A stretch of 64,000 nucleotides of DNA from an uncultured Gemmatimonadales bacterium (lineage in GTDB: Bacteria; Gemmatimonadota; Gemmatimonadetes; Palauibacterales; Palauibacteraceae). The position numbers were made by a program, and so were the translations under genes. Below are positions 42,210 through 56,242 of this stretch, piece after piece. The stretch is from positions 672,001-736,000 of the forward strand of contig CAWANJ010000009.1 of assembly GCA_963783385.1 (NCBI GenBank). Reading direction: 5' to 3'. A model generated the notes under the pieces. That model was not told the DNA's origin. It saw only the letters and a list, made by a program, of their open reading frames with translations, and made no database searches. Each line of letters begins with the position of its first letter. Position 1 is the first letter of the stretch.

Positions 42210-42238
42210 GGAGAGCCCGGCACGAGGCCGGGCTCTCC
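42210..42238 (-). terminator. hairpin terminator after groEL
   Basis: 12-bp perfect stem GGAGAGCCCGGC/GCCGGGCTCTCC; weak U tract. Confidence 0.55.
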
Positions 42239-42302
42239 ACATTCCAGCGACGGGCCAGCCACACGGGCATCGGGCCCGGCAGCCACCCCGGACGGGCGGG
42301 TT

Positions 42303-44417
<2,115 letters not shown>

Positions 44418-44435
44418 TCATCCTCTCGTCCCTTG

Positions 44436-44462
44436 CTAGCACTCCTTCTCGATGAGTGCTAA
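44436..44462 (-). promoter_or_regulatory. CIRCE element (HrcA operator)
   Basis: TTAGCACTC-N9-GAGTGCTAG, one mismatch to consensus, 50 nt upstream of groES. Confidence 0.93.
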
Positions 44463-44784
44463 AGAGACGGTCTGAAAAAACGGGAACCGGGCCCGGACGG
44501 GCTCTCGATCCCACACGGATTGGTTGGTGCACTATGCATGCCAGCCGAAACGCCCCGCAGCGGGCCCCATCCGGCCCCCCCGGGGCTGCCAGCCTGACGC
44601 TATCCTGTCACAATGACGCGCGCCGGCGGCCGCCGCGACCGATTCCGCCCTGAAACCGGGGGCGACCCGGGCTCGTAGGGAGGTGTGCGGGCCGGAGGAT
44701 CCGGCACGCCACTTGAGAGGATGGATCGAGCACTGGAACCCGTGGTGCCGCGACGCGGCGCCGGAGCGGGACGAGGAGGAATCG

Positions 44785-44985
44785 ATGATCCGTGCGCTGC
44801 TGATGCTGTTCGTGGTGGGAGTCGTGGGCATGGTGGCCGTGGGGCTGCTGCTCGGGATCCTCCTGCCCCTGGCCCTGGTGGCGATCAAGGTCGCCCTGGT
44901 GCTCCTGGTCGGGTACTTCATCCTGCGGCTGGTACGGCCGGACCTGGCGGAGAAGTACCGCTCGCGCCTGCAGAACGGGAGCTGA
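44785..44985 (+). CDS. small two-TM membrane protein
   Basis: GAGGAGGA RBS; 66 aa, very hydrophobic, basic tail. Confidence 0.65.
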   Translation: MIRALLMLFVVGVVGMVAVGLLLGILLPLALVAIKVALVLLVGYFILRLVRPDLAEKYRSRLQNGS

Positions 44986-44998
44986 TGCGGGCCGCGCC

Positions 44999-45811
44999 TC
45001 AGGGCGCCGCCAGCTCCCGGTCCGCCAGGGCCAGCCCGATCAGGGTGAGGTGGGGCTCGATCCGCTGCACGCTTCGGCAGTGGGGGGCGAGTAGCCCCAC
45101 CAGCCCGCCGGTCGCGACGACCAGGGGGTCCTCGGGCCCCCACTCCTCCAGGATGCGCCGTACCAGCCCGTCGATCCCGTCCACGATCGAGTAGAACACG
45201 CCCGAGCTCAGGCAGGCCTCCGTGCGGCGGCCGATGACGACGGGAGGAGCGGCGATCTCCACCTGGGGAAGCCTGGACGCCGCTTCCGTGAGCCACTCGA
45301 GGCCGGCGCGCGGACCCGGCGCGATGACCCCGCCAAGGAAGACCCCACCGGCCGTGATGCAGTCGAACGTCGTCGCCGTGCCCAGGTCCACGATCACCGT
45401 GTCACGACCATACAGACGCGCGGCCGCCAGCGTGTTCACGATCCGATCGGCGCCCACGCCCGCCGGGTCGTCCACGTCGAGACGAATGGGCAGGCTGGTG
45501 CGCGCGTCCACGGCGACCAGCGACAGGCCCAGAGACTCGCACGCCCGCTTCCAGACCCTGTCCATCACGGGCACCACGCAGGCCATGACCCCGCGGCACA
45601 GGGGCCCGTCGGAGGGCGACAGGGATCGATCCAGGAACCCCTGCAGGACGAAGGCATGCTCATCGGCCGTGCGGCGCCGGTCGGTGGCGAGCCGCCAGGC
45701 GTGCACCGGCCGGAGCTCGGCTCCAGCCTCGTTCGGCTCCGCGGCCGGGTCCAGCTCGTGGAACAGACCGAGCACGGTCTCGGTGTTCCCGACGTCGACG
45801 GTCAGGATCAC
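44999..45811 (-). CDS. coaX: type III pantothenate kinase
   Basis: DVGNT, GADRIVN, VDLGTATTFD, GGVIAPG, ATGG. Confidence 0.95.
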   Translation of the reverse strand: MILTVDVGNTETVLGLFHELDPAAEPNEAGAELRPVHAWRLATDRRRTADEHAFVLQGFLDRSLSPSDGPLCRGVMACVVPVMDRVWKRACESLGLSLVAVDARTSLPIRLDVDDPAGVGADRIVNTLAAARLYGRDTVIVDLGTATTFDCITAGGVFLGGVIAPGPRAGLEWLTEAASRLPQVEIAAPPVVIGRRTEACLSSGVFYSIVDGIDGLVRRILEEWGPEDPLVVATGGLVGLLAPHCRSVQRIEPHLTLIGLALADRELAAP

Positions 45812-46614
45812 GACTCGGCCTCCACGCTCACCCGCGTCAGGCGCCGCAGGGCGCCTCGGTCGGGACGGAACAGGATCGCGCCGTCCGGCGCGATCCCCAC
45901 GCACGTCCCGGCGAGCCTCTCGCCGCCGTCCAGGGGCGTGACTCCGACGCGGCGGTCGCGGAGCCAGTCGAAGCGATCCGCCAGCGACAGCAGGGTGGCA
46001 TCGAGCCGCTCCGGGGCCCGCGGCACGAACGCCTCCAGTCCCGCGATCACCACGTCGGCGGTCTCCTCGAGCGGCACGTCCCTGTCGAGGACCGTCTCGA
46101 GCGACGTGGCGCGGTTCCGGAGGCCACGCGGGGCTCCACCCTTGAGCGGCGCCACGTTGACCCCCGTGCCGATCACCAGGAAACGGATCCCCTCATCGCC
46201 CCACACGGCCTCGCTGAGGATGCCGCCGACCTTGCGATCGTCGGCCATGAGGTCGTTGGGCCACTTGAGCGCGGGCCTCAGACCCTCGAATCGGCGCTCC
46301 AGCTCCCGTACGATCCCCAGTCCGGCCAGCAGCGGCAGGAGCTCGGGATTCTCCACGCGGCCCGGACGGAACACCATGCTGAGGTAGAGCCCGCCGGCCG
46401 GCGAGTGCCACGAGCGCCCCGCCCGGCCCCGTCCTCCCTTCTGCTCCCGCGCCAGGACGATCGTGCCCGCGGGCGCGCCTCCGTCGGCGAGCTCCCGGGC
46501 CAGGTCGTTGGTCGAGTCCACCGCACCATACAGGTGGACGTCCTCGCGGTCCCAGCGTTTCCGGAGCTCCGCGGCCGACAGACCGGCCCACGTCTTCGCC
46601 TTCCTTGTCGTCAT
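45808..46614 (-). CDS. birA: biotin-[acetyl-CoA-carboxylase] ligase (no HTH)
   Basis: DSTND, QKGGRGRAGRSW, KWPND, KVGGIL, GTGVN. Confidence 0.95.
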   Translation of the reverse strand: MTTRKAKTWAGLSAAELRKRWDREDVHLYGAVDSTNDLARELADGGAPAGTIVLAREQKGGRGRAGRSWHSPAGGLYLSMVFRPGRVENPELLPLLAGLGIVRELERRFEGLRPALKWPNDLMADDRKVGGILSEAVWGDEGIRFLVIGTGVNVAPLKGGAPRGLRNRATSLETVLDRDVPLEETADVVIAGLEAFVPRAPERLDATLLSLADRFDWLRDRRVGVTPLDGGERLAGTCVGIAPDGAILFRPDRGALRRLTRVSVEAES

Positions 46615-47477
46615 CCGGCCTCCACCAGCAGAGACAGATCGAGGGCGGGCGCGGAGTGGGTGAGAGCCCCGACCGAGACCAGGTCCACGCCGGTCTCCGC
46701 CACCGCCCGCACCGTGGCGAGGTCGACCCCTCCGGATGCCTCGAGGAGGGGCCGTGGGGCGGGGCGCCGCCGGACCCGCTCCACCGCGCTCCGCAGCCAT
46801 GAGGGGTCCATGTTGTCCAGCAGGATCCGGTCCGGCGCTCCCGGGAGGACCTCCTCGAGCTCTTCGAGCGAGGTGACCTCGATCTCCACCTGGAGGCCTT
46901 CGCGTCCGGCCGGAGCGCGAACGCGTTCCAGGGCCTCCCCGATTCCGCCGGCCGCCCGGATGTGGTTCTCCTTGATGAGCACCATGTCGTACAGGCCCAG
47001 GCGGTGGTTCACGGCCCCACCCGCCGCCGTGGCGGCCTTCTCCAGGATCCTCCAGCCCGGGGTGGTCTTGCGGGTGTCCGTCACCCTGCATCCGGTACCG
47101 CGGACCGCCTCCACGAACCGGGCGGTCAGCGTGGCGATCCCTGACAGGCGGGCGAGGAAGTTGAGGGCCGTACGCTCGGCCGTGAGCACGCCCCCGAGTG
47201 GACCGCTCACGGTCATCACCGACTCGTTCGCGCCGACCGCCTGCCCATCCTCACGCTCCCAGCGCAGCTCCAGGGCCGGCTCCACCGCGAGGAAGGCCGC
47301 CCCGGCGACCCGCGTGCCCGCCACGACGCCGGGCTCCCGGGCCACGATGCGGGCCCGACCCCGAAGATGTTCCGGGACCGTCCATGCCGTGGTGCGATCC
47401 CCGTCGCCGATGTCCTCCGCGAGCGCGGCGGCCACCAGGTCGTCGGGGCCGAGCGGCCCGCGCGGCGCGTCCGTCAC
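46611..47477 (-). CDS. nadC: nicotinate-nucleotide diphosphorylase
   Basis: ERTALNFL, DTRKTTPG, HRLGLYD, KENH, LLDNM, EASGG. Confidence 0.97.
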   Translation of the reverse strand: MTDAPRGPLGPDDLVAAALAEDIGDGDRTTAWTVPEHLRGRARIVAREPGVVAGTRVAGAAFLAVEPALELRWEREDGQAVGANESVMTVSGPLGGVLTAERTALNFLARLSGIATLTARFVEAVRGTGCRVTDTRKTTPGWRILEKAATAAGGAVNHRLGLYDMVLIKENHIRAAGGIGEALERVRAPAGREGLQVEIEVTSLEELEEVLPGAPDRILLDNMDPSWLRSAVERVRRRPAPRPLLEASGGVDLATVRAVAETGVDLVSVGALTHSAPALDLSLLVEAG

Positions 47478-48709
47478 CCCGCCTCTCCGCGCCCGGGCTC
47501 CGCCCCGGTTTCCGCCGCGGGCTCCCGCGTCCCGTTCCCGCCCGGCTCGCCGGGGTAGGTCCCCCGGGTCCGGCCCCCGCCGCCGGCCATGACCTCCGCG
47601 TAGAAGGCTTCGTACAGGGGCACGATGCGGTCCGCCGCGAAACGGCCCGCCGCCCGCTCCCGCGCGGCGTTCGAGGTCCGGATCCACAGGTCGCCGTCCT
47701 CGAGAACGCGGATCCCGCTCGCGGCCATGGCATCCACGGCACCCACCGGATGGAGCCATCCCGTGACGCCATCCTCGAGCACCTCGTCGAGGCCGCTCCC
47801 GGCCGAGCCCACGACGGGGACGCCGCTCGCCTGCGCCTCCAGCGCCACGAGCCCGAACGACTCCTCCTCGCTGGGCAGGAGGAAGAGATCGGCGCAGGAG
47901 AGGAGCTCGGCCACCGACTCCAGCTTGCCCAGGAACATCGTCCGGTCGGTCACGCCCTCGTGCTCGGCCACCTGGACGGCGGTGGCGCGTTCCGGACCGT
48001 CTCCGATGAGCACGAGACGGGACGGAACCCTGGCCTGGATGCGCGCGAACACCCGGACCACGTCGTCCACCCGTTTCACCTTGCGGAAGTTGGAGATGTG
48101 CATCACCAGCCGCTCTCCGGCACGCACCAGGTCACCCCGGTGACAGGGGGTGTTCTCACGATCGTAACGGGACGGGTCGATGAAGTTCGGGACGACCTGG
48201 ATGCGGCGGCCGTCGCAGCCGAAGGCGTCCAGCGTGCGCCGCTTGAGGTGCTCGGACACGGCCGTCAGGCCGTCGGAGCGCTCGATCGAGAACCGGGTGA
48301 TCGGCTCGAACGAAGGGTCCTGGCCCACGAGCGTGATGTCGGTTCCGTGAAGCGTCGTGATGATCTTCACGTCCCGCCCGTCCGCCCGGAGCATCTCGCG
48401 CGCGACCCAGGCGCTGGTGGCGTGCGGTACGGCGTAGTGGACGTGCAGGAGATCGAGGGCATGGTCGAGCGTGACCCGGTGCAGGGCCACGGCCAGCGCC
48501 AGGGAGTACGGAGGGTACTCGAACAGCGGGTAGGGCATCATCTCCACCTCGTGGAAGAAGACGCCCGGGCGAAAGCTGGTCAGCCGGAAGGGCTGCGCAT
48601 AGGAGACGAAGTGCACCTCGTGCCCCCGACGCGCGAGCTCGAGACCGAGCTCGGTAGCCACCGCCCCCGATCCCCCGTACGTCGGATAACAGGTGATACC
48701 GACCTTCAT
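47474..48709 (-). CDS. bshA: N-acetyl-alpha-D-glucosaminyl L-malate synthase
   Basis: MKVGITCYPTYGGSGAVATELG, HVHYAVPHA, TTLHGTD, HISNFRKVKR, ESFGLVALEA. Confidence 0.95.
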   Translation of the reverse strand: MKVGITCYPTYGGSGAVATELGLELARRGHEVHFVSYAQPFRLTSFRPGVFFHEVEMMPYPLFEYPPYSLALAVALHRVTLDHALDLLHVHYAVPHATSAWVAREMLRADGRDVKIITTLHGTDITLVGQDPSFEPITRFSIERSDGLTAVSEHLKRRTLDAFGCDGRRIQVVPNFIDPSRYDRENTPCHRGDLVRAGERLVMHISNFRKVKRVDDVVRVFARIQARVPSRLVLIGDGPERATAVQVAEHEGVTDRTMFLGKLESVAELLSCADLFLLPSEEESFGLVALEAQASGVPVVGSAGSGLDEVLEDGVTGWLHPVGAVDAMAASGIRVLEDGDLWIRTSNAARERAAGRFAADRIVPLYEAFYAEVMAGGGGRTRGTYPGEPGGNGTREPAAETGAEPGRGEAG

Positions 48710-49018
48710 CCGTCCTCCCACCGACCCTTCGATCCCGCTCGTGCCGCGCCCCGAGGCGGGCGCCGCAACCTCGCATGGCGTGCAACTTCGCCCGCCGGCC
48801 CCCGGTCGTCCAGCCGTCGGCGCGCCGCGGCCTCGCGTCCCGAGCCGGTGCTCGCCCGGTGGGCCCGGCCGGCGTCCCGTCGCGGCGCGGCTTGCCCTCC
48901 GCGACGCGAATCGCCATCGTTTTTCACGAAATTCGCGGCCTCGTCGGCTCCTGGATGGGAGGCCGCTTCCAGCCGGCGGCCTCCCCGGGCGGCCGGCCCA
49001 TACGCCGGAGCGAGCGTC

Positions 49019-49561
49019 ATGTCCCGATACCGCGTCCCAACCGCCCTTCCCACCCTCCTCCTGCTCGGGCTCCTCCTCGCTCCGACCACGCCCTCCCTCG
49101 CCCAGGTGCCGGGGGGCCGGCCGGGAGAGCAGCTGTCGCGCTTCAGGGCGGGCCTGGCACGGGTGCGGGCCGAGGCGATGGTCACCATCTCGCGCCAACT
49201 GGCCCGGTGGCAGGACGACTGGACCAACGACGACGCCGGCGCCCTGGCCGGGCAGTACGCGGACAGCGCCCACATCCAGCTCGTTCCGGGCGGTCCGATG
49301 ATCGAGGGAAGGAAGGCGATCGAGGCGACGTACCAGGACATGCTCGCGCAGGTGGGCTCGATGAGCCTGCAGATCCGGGACTTCGACGCGGGAGAGAACC
49401 TGGCTTTCGTGCTCGGCGACTATCGCTACGACGATGCCGGCGGACGCACCGAGCGCGGCACCTTCGTGATGTCTCTGCGTCGGCTGAGCCACGACCGGTG
49501 GCGCATCCACTCGCAGATGTTCGCGCCGGCCACCCGCGACACGGCCGCCGACGGAGGCTAG
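49019..49561 (+). CDS. secreted NTF2/SnoaL-like (DUF4440-like) protein
   Basis: Signal peptide; DAGALAGQYADSA, IEGRKAI, DRWRIHSQ. Confidence 0.7.
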   Translation: MSRYRVPTALPTLLLLGLLLAPTTPSLAQVPGGRPGEQLSRFRAGLARVRAEAMVTISRQLARWQDDWTNDDAGALAGQYADSAHIQLVPGGPMIEGRKAIEATYQDMLAQVGSMSLQIRDFDAGENLAFVLGDYRYDDAGGRTERGTFVMSLRRLSHDRWRIHSQMFAPATRDTAADGG

Positions 49562-50540
49562 GACCCGCCGCGCGCGTCCGCCGCCGCACGCCAGTCCGCC
49601 GCCACCCGGGCCACCAGCTCTCCGGTCGGCCGCCCGGCATCCAGCCGCACGGCGCCCCCGGGGAGCTGGTGCCGGAACCAGGTCCGCTGCCGCCGCGCGT
49701 ACTGCCACGTCAGCGTCGTCACGGCCTCGATCACCTCCGCGGCGTCGCACTCCCCGCGCACCAGCCGCGCGACCTCCGGGTAGCCGAGCGCGCTGAGGGC
49801 CGGGTCCCCCTCCCTGGCTCCGGCGTCCAGGAGCCGTCGGACCTCCGCGGGCCAGCCGCCCTCGACCAGCCGCCGCGTGCGCGCCCGGATCCTCTCCCGG
49901 AGCATCGCCGGAGGAAGCTCGAGCGCGAACACCAGGAGGGGCAGCGGAGGGGCCTCCGGGTCGCCGTGCGCCTGCCACCAGGTGACCGGTCGACCGGCGA
50001 GGAGGGCCAGCTCGAGGGTGCGGGCGCAGCGCTGCGGGTCGAGGGCGTCCAGCGTGCGGGACAGATCCGGGTCGAGCCGGGCGGTCCAGCGCTGCAGCTC
50101 ACCCGGGGAGCGGGCTTCCAGCCACCCGCGCAGGGACTCGCGCCGACCGGCGTCCATGGGCGGCTCGCGGAACACCGGGTCGGTGAGCGCGGCCAGGAAG
50201 AAGCCGGTCCCGCCCGCCAGGATCGGCACGCGTCCCCGAGCCCGGATCCCCTCGATCCACCCGCGCGCCAGCCGCGAGAAGCGGCCGGCGGAGTAGCGCT
50301 CGCCCGGATCCAGGAAGGCGACCCCGTGATGGGGCACCGCCTCCCGCTGCGCCGGAATGGGCGCCGCCGTCCCCACCTCGAGGCCGCGGTACGCCTGGCG
50401 GCTGTCCACGGAGACCACCTCGCCACCGAGCGCCTCCGCCACGGCCACCGCGAGCTCGCTCTTGCCGGTCGCCGTGGGGCCGACGAGGGCGAGCCCGACC
50501 GGTAAGGCGCCGCCGGTGCGCGCGCGGCTCGGCACGTCCC

Positions 50541-50544
<4 letters not shown>
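49558..50544 (-). CDS. miaA: tRNA dimethylallyltransferase
   Basis: GPTATGKS, SVDSRQAY, GGTGFF, YARRQRTWF. Confidence 0.96.
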
Positions 50545-52358
<1,814 letters not shown>

Positions 52359-52518
52359 GCGGAAAGGGACCTTCGCTGTTCGGGTCGGGGGATGGATCCT
52401 GCCGGGTCAGGGGCGGACCCGTCGCACCCGCGCCGACCGGCGGCGCCGAAGCTACTTCCGGAGCCCGTTCGCCTCAACCGGACGTACCCCTCACCGGCCG
52501 CCTCCGCCGATCGGCGCC

Positions 52519-53781
52519 TCAGGCCAGGAAGTACCGGAGCACCTCGAACAGGCCCACCGCCAGGGCTCCAGCGACCGGGAGCGTCACGATCCACGAGTTC
52601 ACGATCCGTACGACCATCCGCAGGTTGATCGCCGCCAGCCCCCGGGCCAGCCCCACCCCGATCACCGCTCCCACGAGCGTGTGCGTCGTCGAGACTGGAA
52701 GGCCCATGCGCGAGGCGACGAGCACGGTGGTGGCGGCTCCGAACTCGGCGCTGAAGCCGCGGGTGGGCGTGAGCTCGGTAATCGCACCGCCCACCGTGGC
52801 GATGACCTTGTAGCCCCAGGTGGCCAGGCCCACCACGATCCCGATCCCGCCCACGACCAGAATCCACTCGGGCACCGGGACGTTCGGGGGCAACGACCCG
52901 AGGGAGTGGATCTGTACGACGGCGGCCGCCGGGCCCACGGCGTTGGCCACGTCGTTGGCCCCGTGCGCGAACGCTACGTAGCAGGCCGTGATGACCTGGA
53001 GCCGGCCGAACACCCGCTCCACGTAGGCGAAGGGCCGTTCCGGCTCCTGCCATCCCCGCTCGATGAGGGCTTTCGCCATCAGGAAGGCGAGGCCCGCCAG
53101 GACCGCCGCCACACCCACGACCGACCACCACGGGGGCGAGGTGATGATGTGGCCCAGGACCTTGTAGATGAAGCTCAGGACCAGCAGGAACACCACCGCA
53201 CCGACCAGGTGCGGGCCCAGCCTGCGGGTCGCGCCCACGGGATCCTCCTGCCTGAGGATCCCGTAGGAGACGAACATGAACATCCCCGCCGCGACCATGG
53301 CGCCCAGCACCGGGGAGAGGACCCAGCTGGCCGAGACCTTGGCGACCACGCCCCAGCGCACCGAGTGACTCCCCACCGAGACCAGCGCGAACCCGACCAG
53401 GGCGCCCACGATCGAGTGGGTCGTCGACACCGGGAGCCCCAGGCTCGTGGCCAGCTGCAACCACAGGCCCGCCGCCAGGAGTGCGGAGACCATACCGAGC
53501 AGGAGGATGCGCGGTCCCTCGGAGCCAAGGATGGGGCTGTCGGTGGCGAACGCCGACGTGTCCAGGATGCCGGTGCGGATGGTCTCGGTCACGTGGGTCC
53601 CGACCAGCGAGGCACCGGCGAACTCGAAGATCCCGGCCAGCACCACGGCCGCGGTCAGGCTCAACGCCCCCGAGCCCACCGAGGTCCCCATGGCGTTGGC
53701 CACGTCGTTGGCCCCGATATTCCACGCCATGTAGGCGGCCGAGACCAGCCCGATCACCAGGGCCAGGGTCGAAGTGCTCAC
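52519..53781 (-). CDS. PiT-family inorganic phosphate transporter
   Basis: GANDVANA twice, PVSTTH twice. Confidence 0.95.
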   Translation of the reverse strand: MSTSTLALVIGLVSAAYMAWNIGANDVANAMGTSVGSGALSLTAAVVLAGIFEFAGASLVGTHVTETIRTGILDTSAFATDSPILGSEGPRILLLGMVSALLAAGLWLQLATSLGLPVSTTHSIVGALVGFALVSVGSHSVRWGVVAKVSASWVLSPVLGAMVAAGMFMFVSYGILRQEDPVGATRRLGPHLVGAVVFLLVLSFIYKVLGHIITSPPWWSVVGVAAVLAGLAFLMAKALIERGWQEPERPFAYVERVFGRLQVITACYVAFAHGANDVANAVGPAAAVVQIHSLGSLPPNVPVPEWILVVGGIGIVVGLATWGYKVIATVGGAITELTPTRGFSAEFGAATTVLVASRMGLPVSTTHTLVGAVIGVGLARGLAAINLRMVVRIVNSWIVTLPVAGALAVGLFEVLRYFLA

Positions 53782-53788
53782 GCGCCCC

Positions 53789-54463
53789 TCACCGGCGGTG
53801 GACCATCATGCGGAGGAGGTCCCCCGTGTTCTCCGCGTGGTTGGCGATCCGGCCCAGGACGTTCAGCGTCCGCATCCACAGGAAGACGGACACGGGGTCC
53901 AGACCGTCTGCCTCGTCCAGGAGCGCCCGCGTCACCGTCCGCTGCCGCTTGTCGGCCTCCCACTCCTGCTGGTTCACCTCGGCCACCATCTCCAGCACCC
54001 GGTCCACCTCGGGCCCGCCGAAGGACGCCTCGAACAGGTCCACCAGCTCCGAGCCGGCCTGGACGAGGAGCTCGCTCGTCCTGATGACCTGGTCGGCGAA
54101 GTCCCGGATCATGGGCTTGAGGGTCTCGGGCGTCGGCCGAGGCCGGAAGGTGAGCATGACCGCCAGGTCCTCGGTGGCGTCCGCGATGGCGTCCTGCTCC
54201 TTCAGGTAGGAGAGCAGGTCTCCGCGGTCCACGGGGAGGAAGAGGAACTTGGGCAGGTGGTCGCGGATCTCGTTCTTCTGGATGTCCGCCTTGTGCTCCC
54301 GACGGGAGATCTCCTCGTACAGATCCTCGCAGCGGGCCCAGTCCTCGTCGAGGTAAGCGTCCAGCACCGGACGTACGAGCTCGACGGTCTCGTGGACCCG
54401 TTTGGTGTGCTCGACCAGGGGACCGAACGGCGAAGTTCCGAACAGCTGGTGGATCGTGCGCAT
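53789..54463 (-). CDS. DUF47/PhoU-like phosphate transport regulator
   Basis: LFGTSPF, EHKAD, PVDRGDLL, QDAIAD, IANHAEN; upstream of pit. Confidence 0.9.
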   Translation of the reverse strand: MRTIHQLFGTSPFGPLVEHTKRVHETVELVRPVLDAYLDEDWARCEDLYEEISRREHKADIQKNEIRDHLPKFLFLPVDRGDLLSYLKEQDAIADATEDLAVMLTFRPRPTPETLKPMIRDFADQVIRTSELLVQAGSELVDLFEASFGGPEVDRVLEMVAEVNQQEWEADKRQRTVTRALLDEADGLDPVSVFLWMRTLNVLGRIANHAENTGDLLRMMVHRR

Positions 54464-54510
54464 GACGTCACCTCCTCTCGGCGGTCCGGAGGCCCGACGC
54501 GGCTACCGAC

Positions 54511-55296
54511 TCAGCCCGACAGCTCCCGAAGTCCGTAGAACGTTCGCGCGGCGGCGCGCGTGGAGGCCGCCACCTGGTCGGCTCCCTCCCCTCGCAGCCG
54601 GGCCACGGCGCGGCAGGTGTGCACCAGAAAGGCCGGCTCGTTCCGGTGGCCCCGCTCCGGCACGGGGGCCAGGTAGGGGCTATCGGTCTCGATGAGGAGC
54701 CGGTCGCCCGGCACCCGGGCCACCCGCTCCGCCCCCTCGAAGCTCCGGAAAGTGACGATGCCGGAGAAGGAAACGTACCAGCCCGCCTCGAGGGCCGCGT
54801 CCAGGAGGGCGTCGCCCCCCGTAAAGCAGTGGAGGACGCCGGCCAGGTCACGGCCCAGGTCCCGGAGCAGCGCAGCCGTGTCCTCGTCCGCCTCCCGGCT
54901 GTGCACCACCACCGGGAGGCCGCACCGGCCGGCCAGCTCCACCTGGGCGCGGAAGGCGGTCCGCTGCGCATCGCGGGACGCGTGGTCGTAGTGGTAGTCG
55001 AGGCCGGTCTCGCCGATGGCGACCACCTCGGGCCGGCCGGCCAGCCGGTCCAGGTCGGCGAGGACGTCGTCGCCGAACCGGTCGGCCTCGTGGGGGTGCA
55101 GCCCGACGGTGGCCCGGATCCCCGAATGAGACTCCGCGATCCCGCAGGCCTCGGCCGCGTCCTCGGGCGTGGTCCCGACCGTGACCATCTCCTCGACGCC
55201 GGCGGACCGCGCCGAAGCGAGGACGGCCTCCAGCTCGGCGAGGAGTCGCTCGTCCGTGAGGTGGAGGTGCGAGTCGAAGAGGCGCGCCGGCGTCAC
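54511..55296 (-). CDS. tatD: TatD-family hydrolase
   Basis: DSHLH, GLHPH, GETGLDY, HSRE, HCF, ETDSPYLAP. Confidence 0.95.
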   Translation of the reverse strand: MTPARLFDSHLHLTDERLLAELEAVLASARSAGVEEMVTVGTTPEDAAEACGIAESHSGIRATVGLHPHEADRFGDDVLADLDRLAGRPEVVAIGETGLDYHYDHASRDAQRTAFRAQVELAGRCGLPVVVHSREADEDTAALLRDLGRDLAGVLHCFTGGDALLDAALEAGWYVSFSGIVTFRSFEGAERVARVPGDRLLIETDSPYLAPVPERGHRNEPAFLVHTCRAVARLRGEGADQVAASTRAAARTFYGLRELSG

Positions 55297-55300
55297 CCTG

Positions 55301-56209
55301 CTACGCGCTCGCCTCCCGGCGGCGGTACCAGTTCTCGATCTCGAGGAGCACCGGGGAGGCCACGAAGATTGAGGAGAAGGTCCCGATGCCGATCCCGAGG
55401 ATGAGGACGAGCGCGAAGGGCCGGATCACGTCGCCCCCGAAGATGAACAGCGCGATCAGGGTGGCCAGCGTGGTGCCGCTGGTGAGGATCGTGCGCGGCA
55501 GCGTCTCGTTGATGCTCCGGTTCAGCGTCTGGACGTAATCTTCCTTGCGCTTCCCCTTGAAATTCTCGCGCATGCGGTCGAACACGATGATCGTGTCGTT
55601 CAGCGAGTAGCCCACGATGGTGAGCACGGCCGCCACCGTGGCCAGCGTGATGTCCACGTTGAAGGCCGAGATGAAGCCGAAGGTGATGATGATGTCGTGG
55701 GCGGTCGCGACGACCGCCGCCACGCCGAAGCGCCACTCGAACCGGAACGCCAGGTAGATCAGGGTCAGCCCGAAGGCGATGAGGATCGCCTCGAGCGCCT
55801 TGCGCTGCAGCTCGTTGCCCACCTTGGGCCCCACCGCCTCGGTACGGACCACCTGGTAGTCCTTCCCGAACGTGCCCGTCAAAGCGTTGCGCAGGTCCTC
55901 GCCCACATCCTTCTGCGAGGTCGCCTGGAAGCTGGGCAGGCGGATGACGTACTCGTTGCTGGTCCCGAACTGCTGGATCTGGGCCTCGCCACCGCCCAGC
56001 CCGGAGATGGCGCCACGCACGGCCCCCACGCTGGTGGCCGAGTCGAAGCGGACCTGCATGAGCGTGCCGCCCGTGAAGTCCACCCCGTAGTGGAGCCCGT
56101 GGTGGACGAACAGGAAGAAGCCTCCCATCAGGATCAGGGCGGCGGAGAAGATGTACGCCCGCCGCCGGATTCCGAGGAAGTCGTAGTGCGCGTTCTTGAA
56201 CAGTCTCAT
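55301..56209 (-). CDS. secF: protein translocase subunit SecF
   Basis: GVDFTGGT, VGPKVG, GYSLNDTIIVFDR. Confidence 0.97.
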   Translation of the reverse strand: MRLFKNAHYDFLGIRRRAYIFSAALILMGGFFLFVHHGLHYGVDFTGGTLMQVRFDSATSVGAVRGAISGLGGGEAQIQQFGTSNEYVIRLPSFQATSQKDVGEDLRNALTGTFGKDYQVVRTEAVGPKVGNELQRKALEAILIAFGLTLIYLAFRFEWRFGVAAVVATAHDIIITFGFISAFNVDITLATVAAVLTIVGYSLNDTIIVFDRMRENFKGKRKEDYVQTLNRSINETLPRTILTSGTTLATLIALFIFGGDVIRPFALVLILGIGIGTFSSIFVASPVLLEIENWYRRREASA

Positions 56210-56242
56210 GGCGTCCCGGCTGTGACCTGTCCTGTGTTCCGC

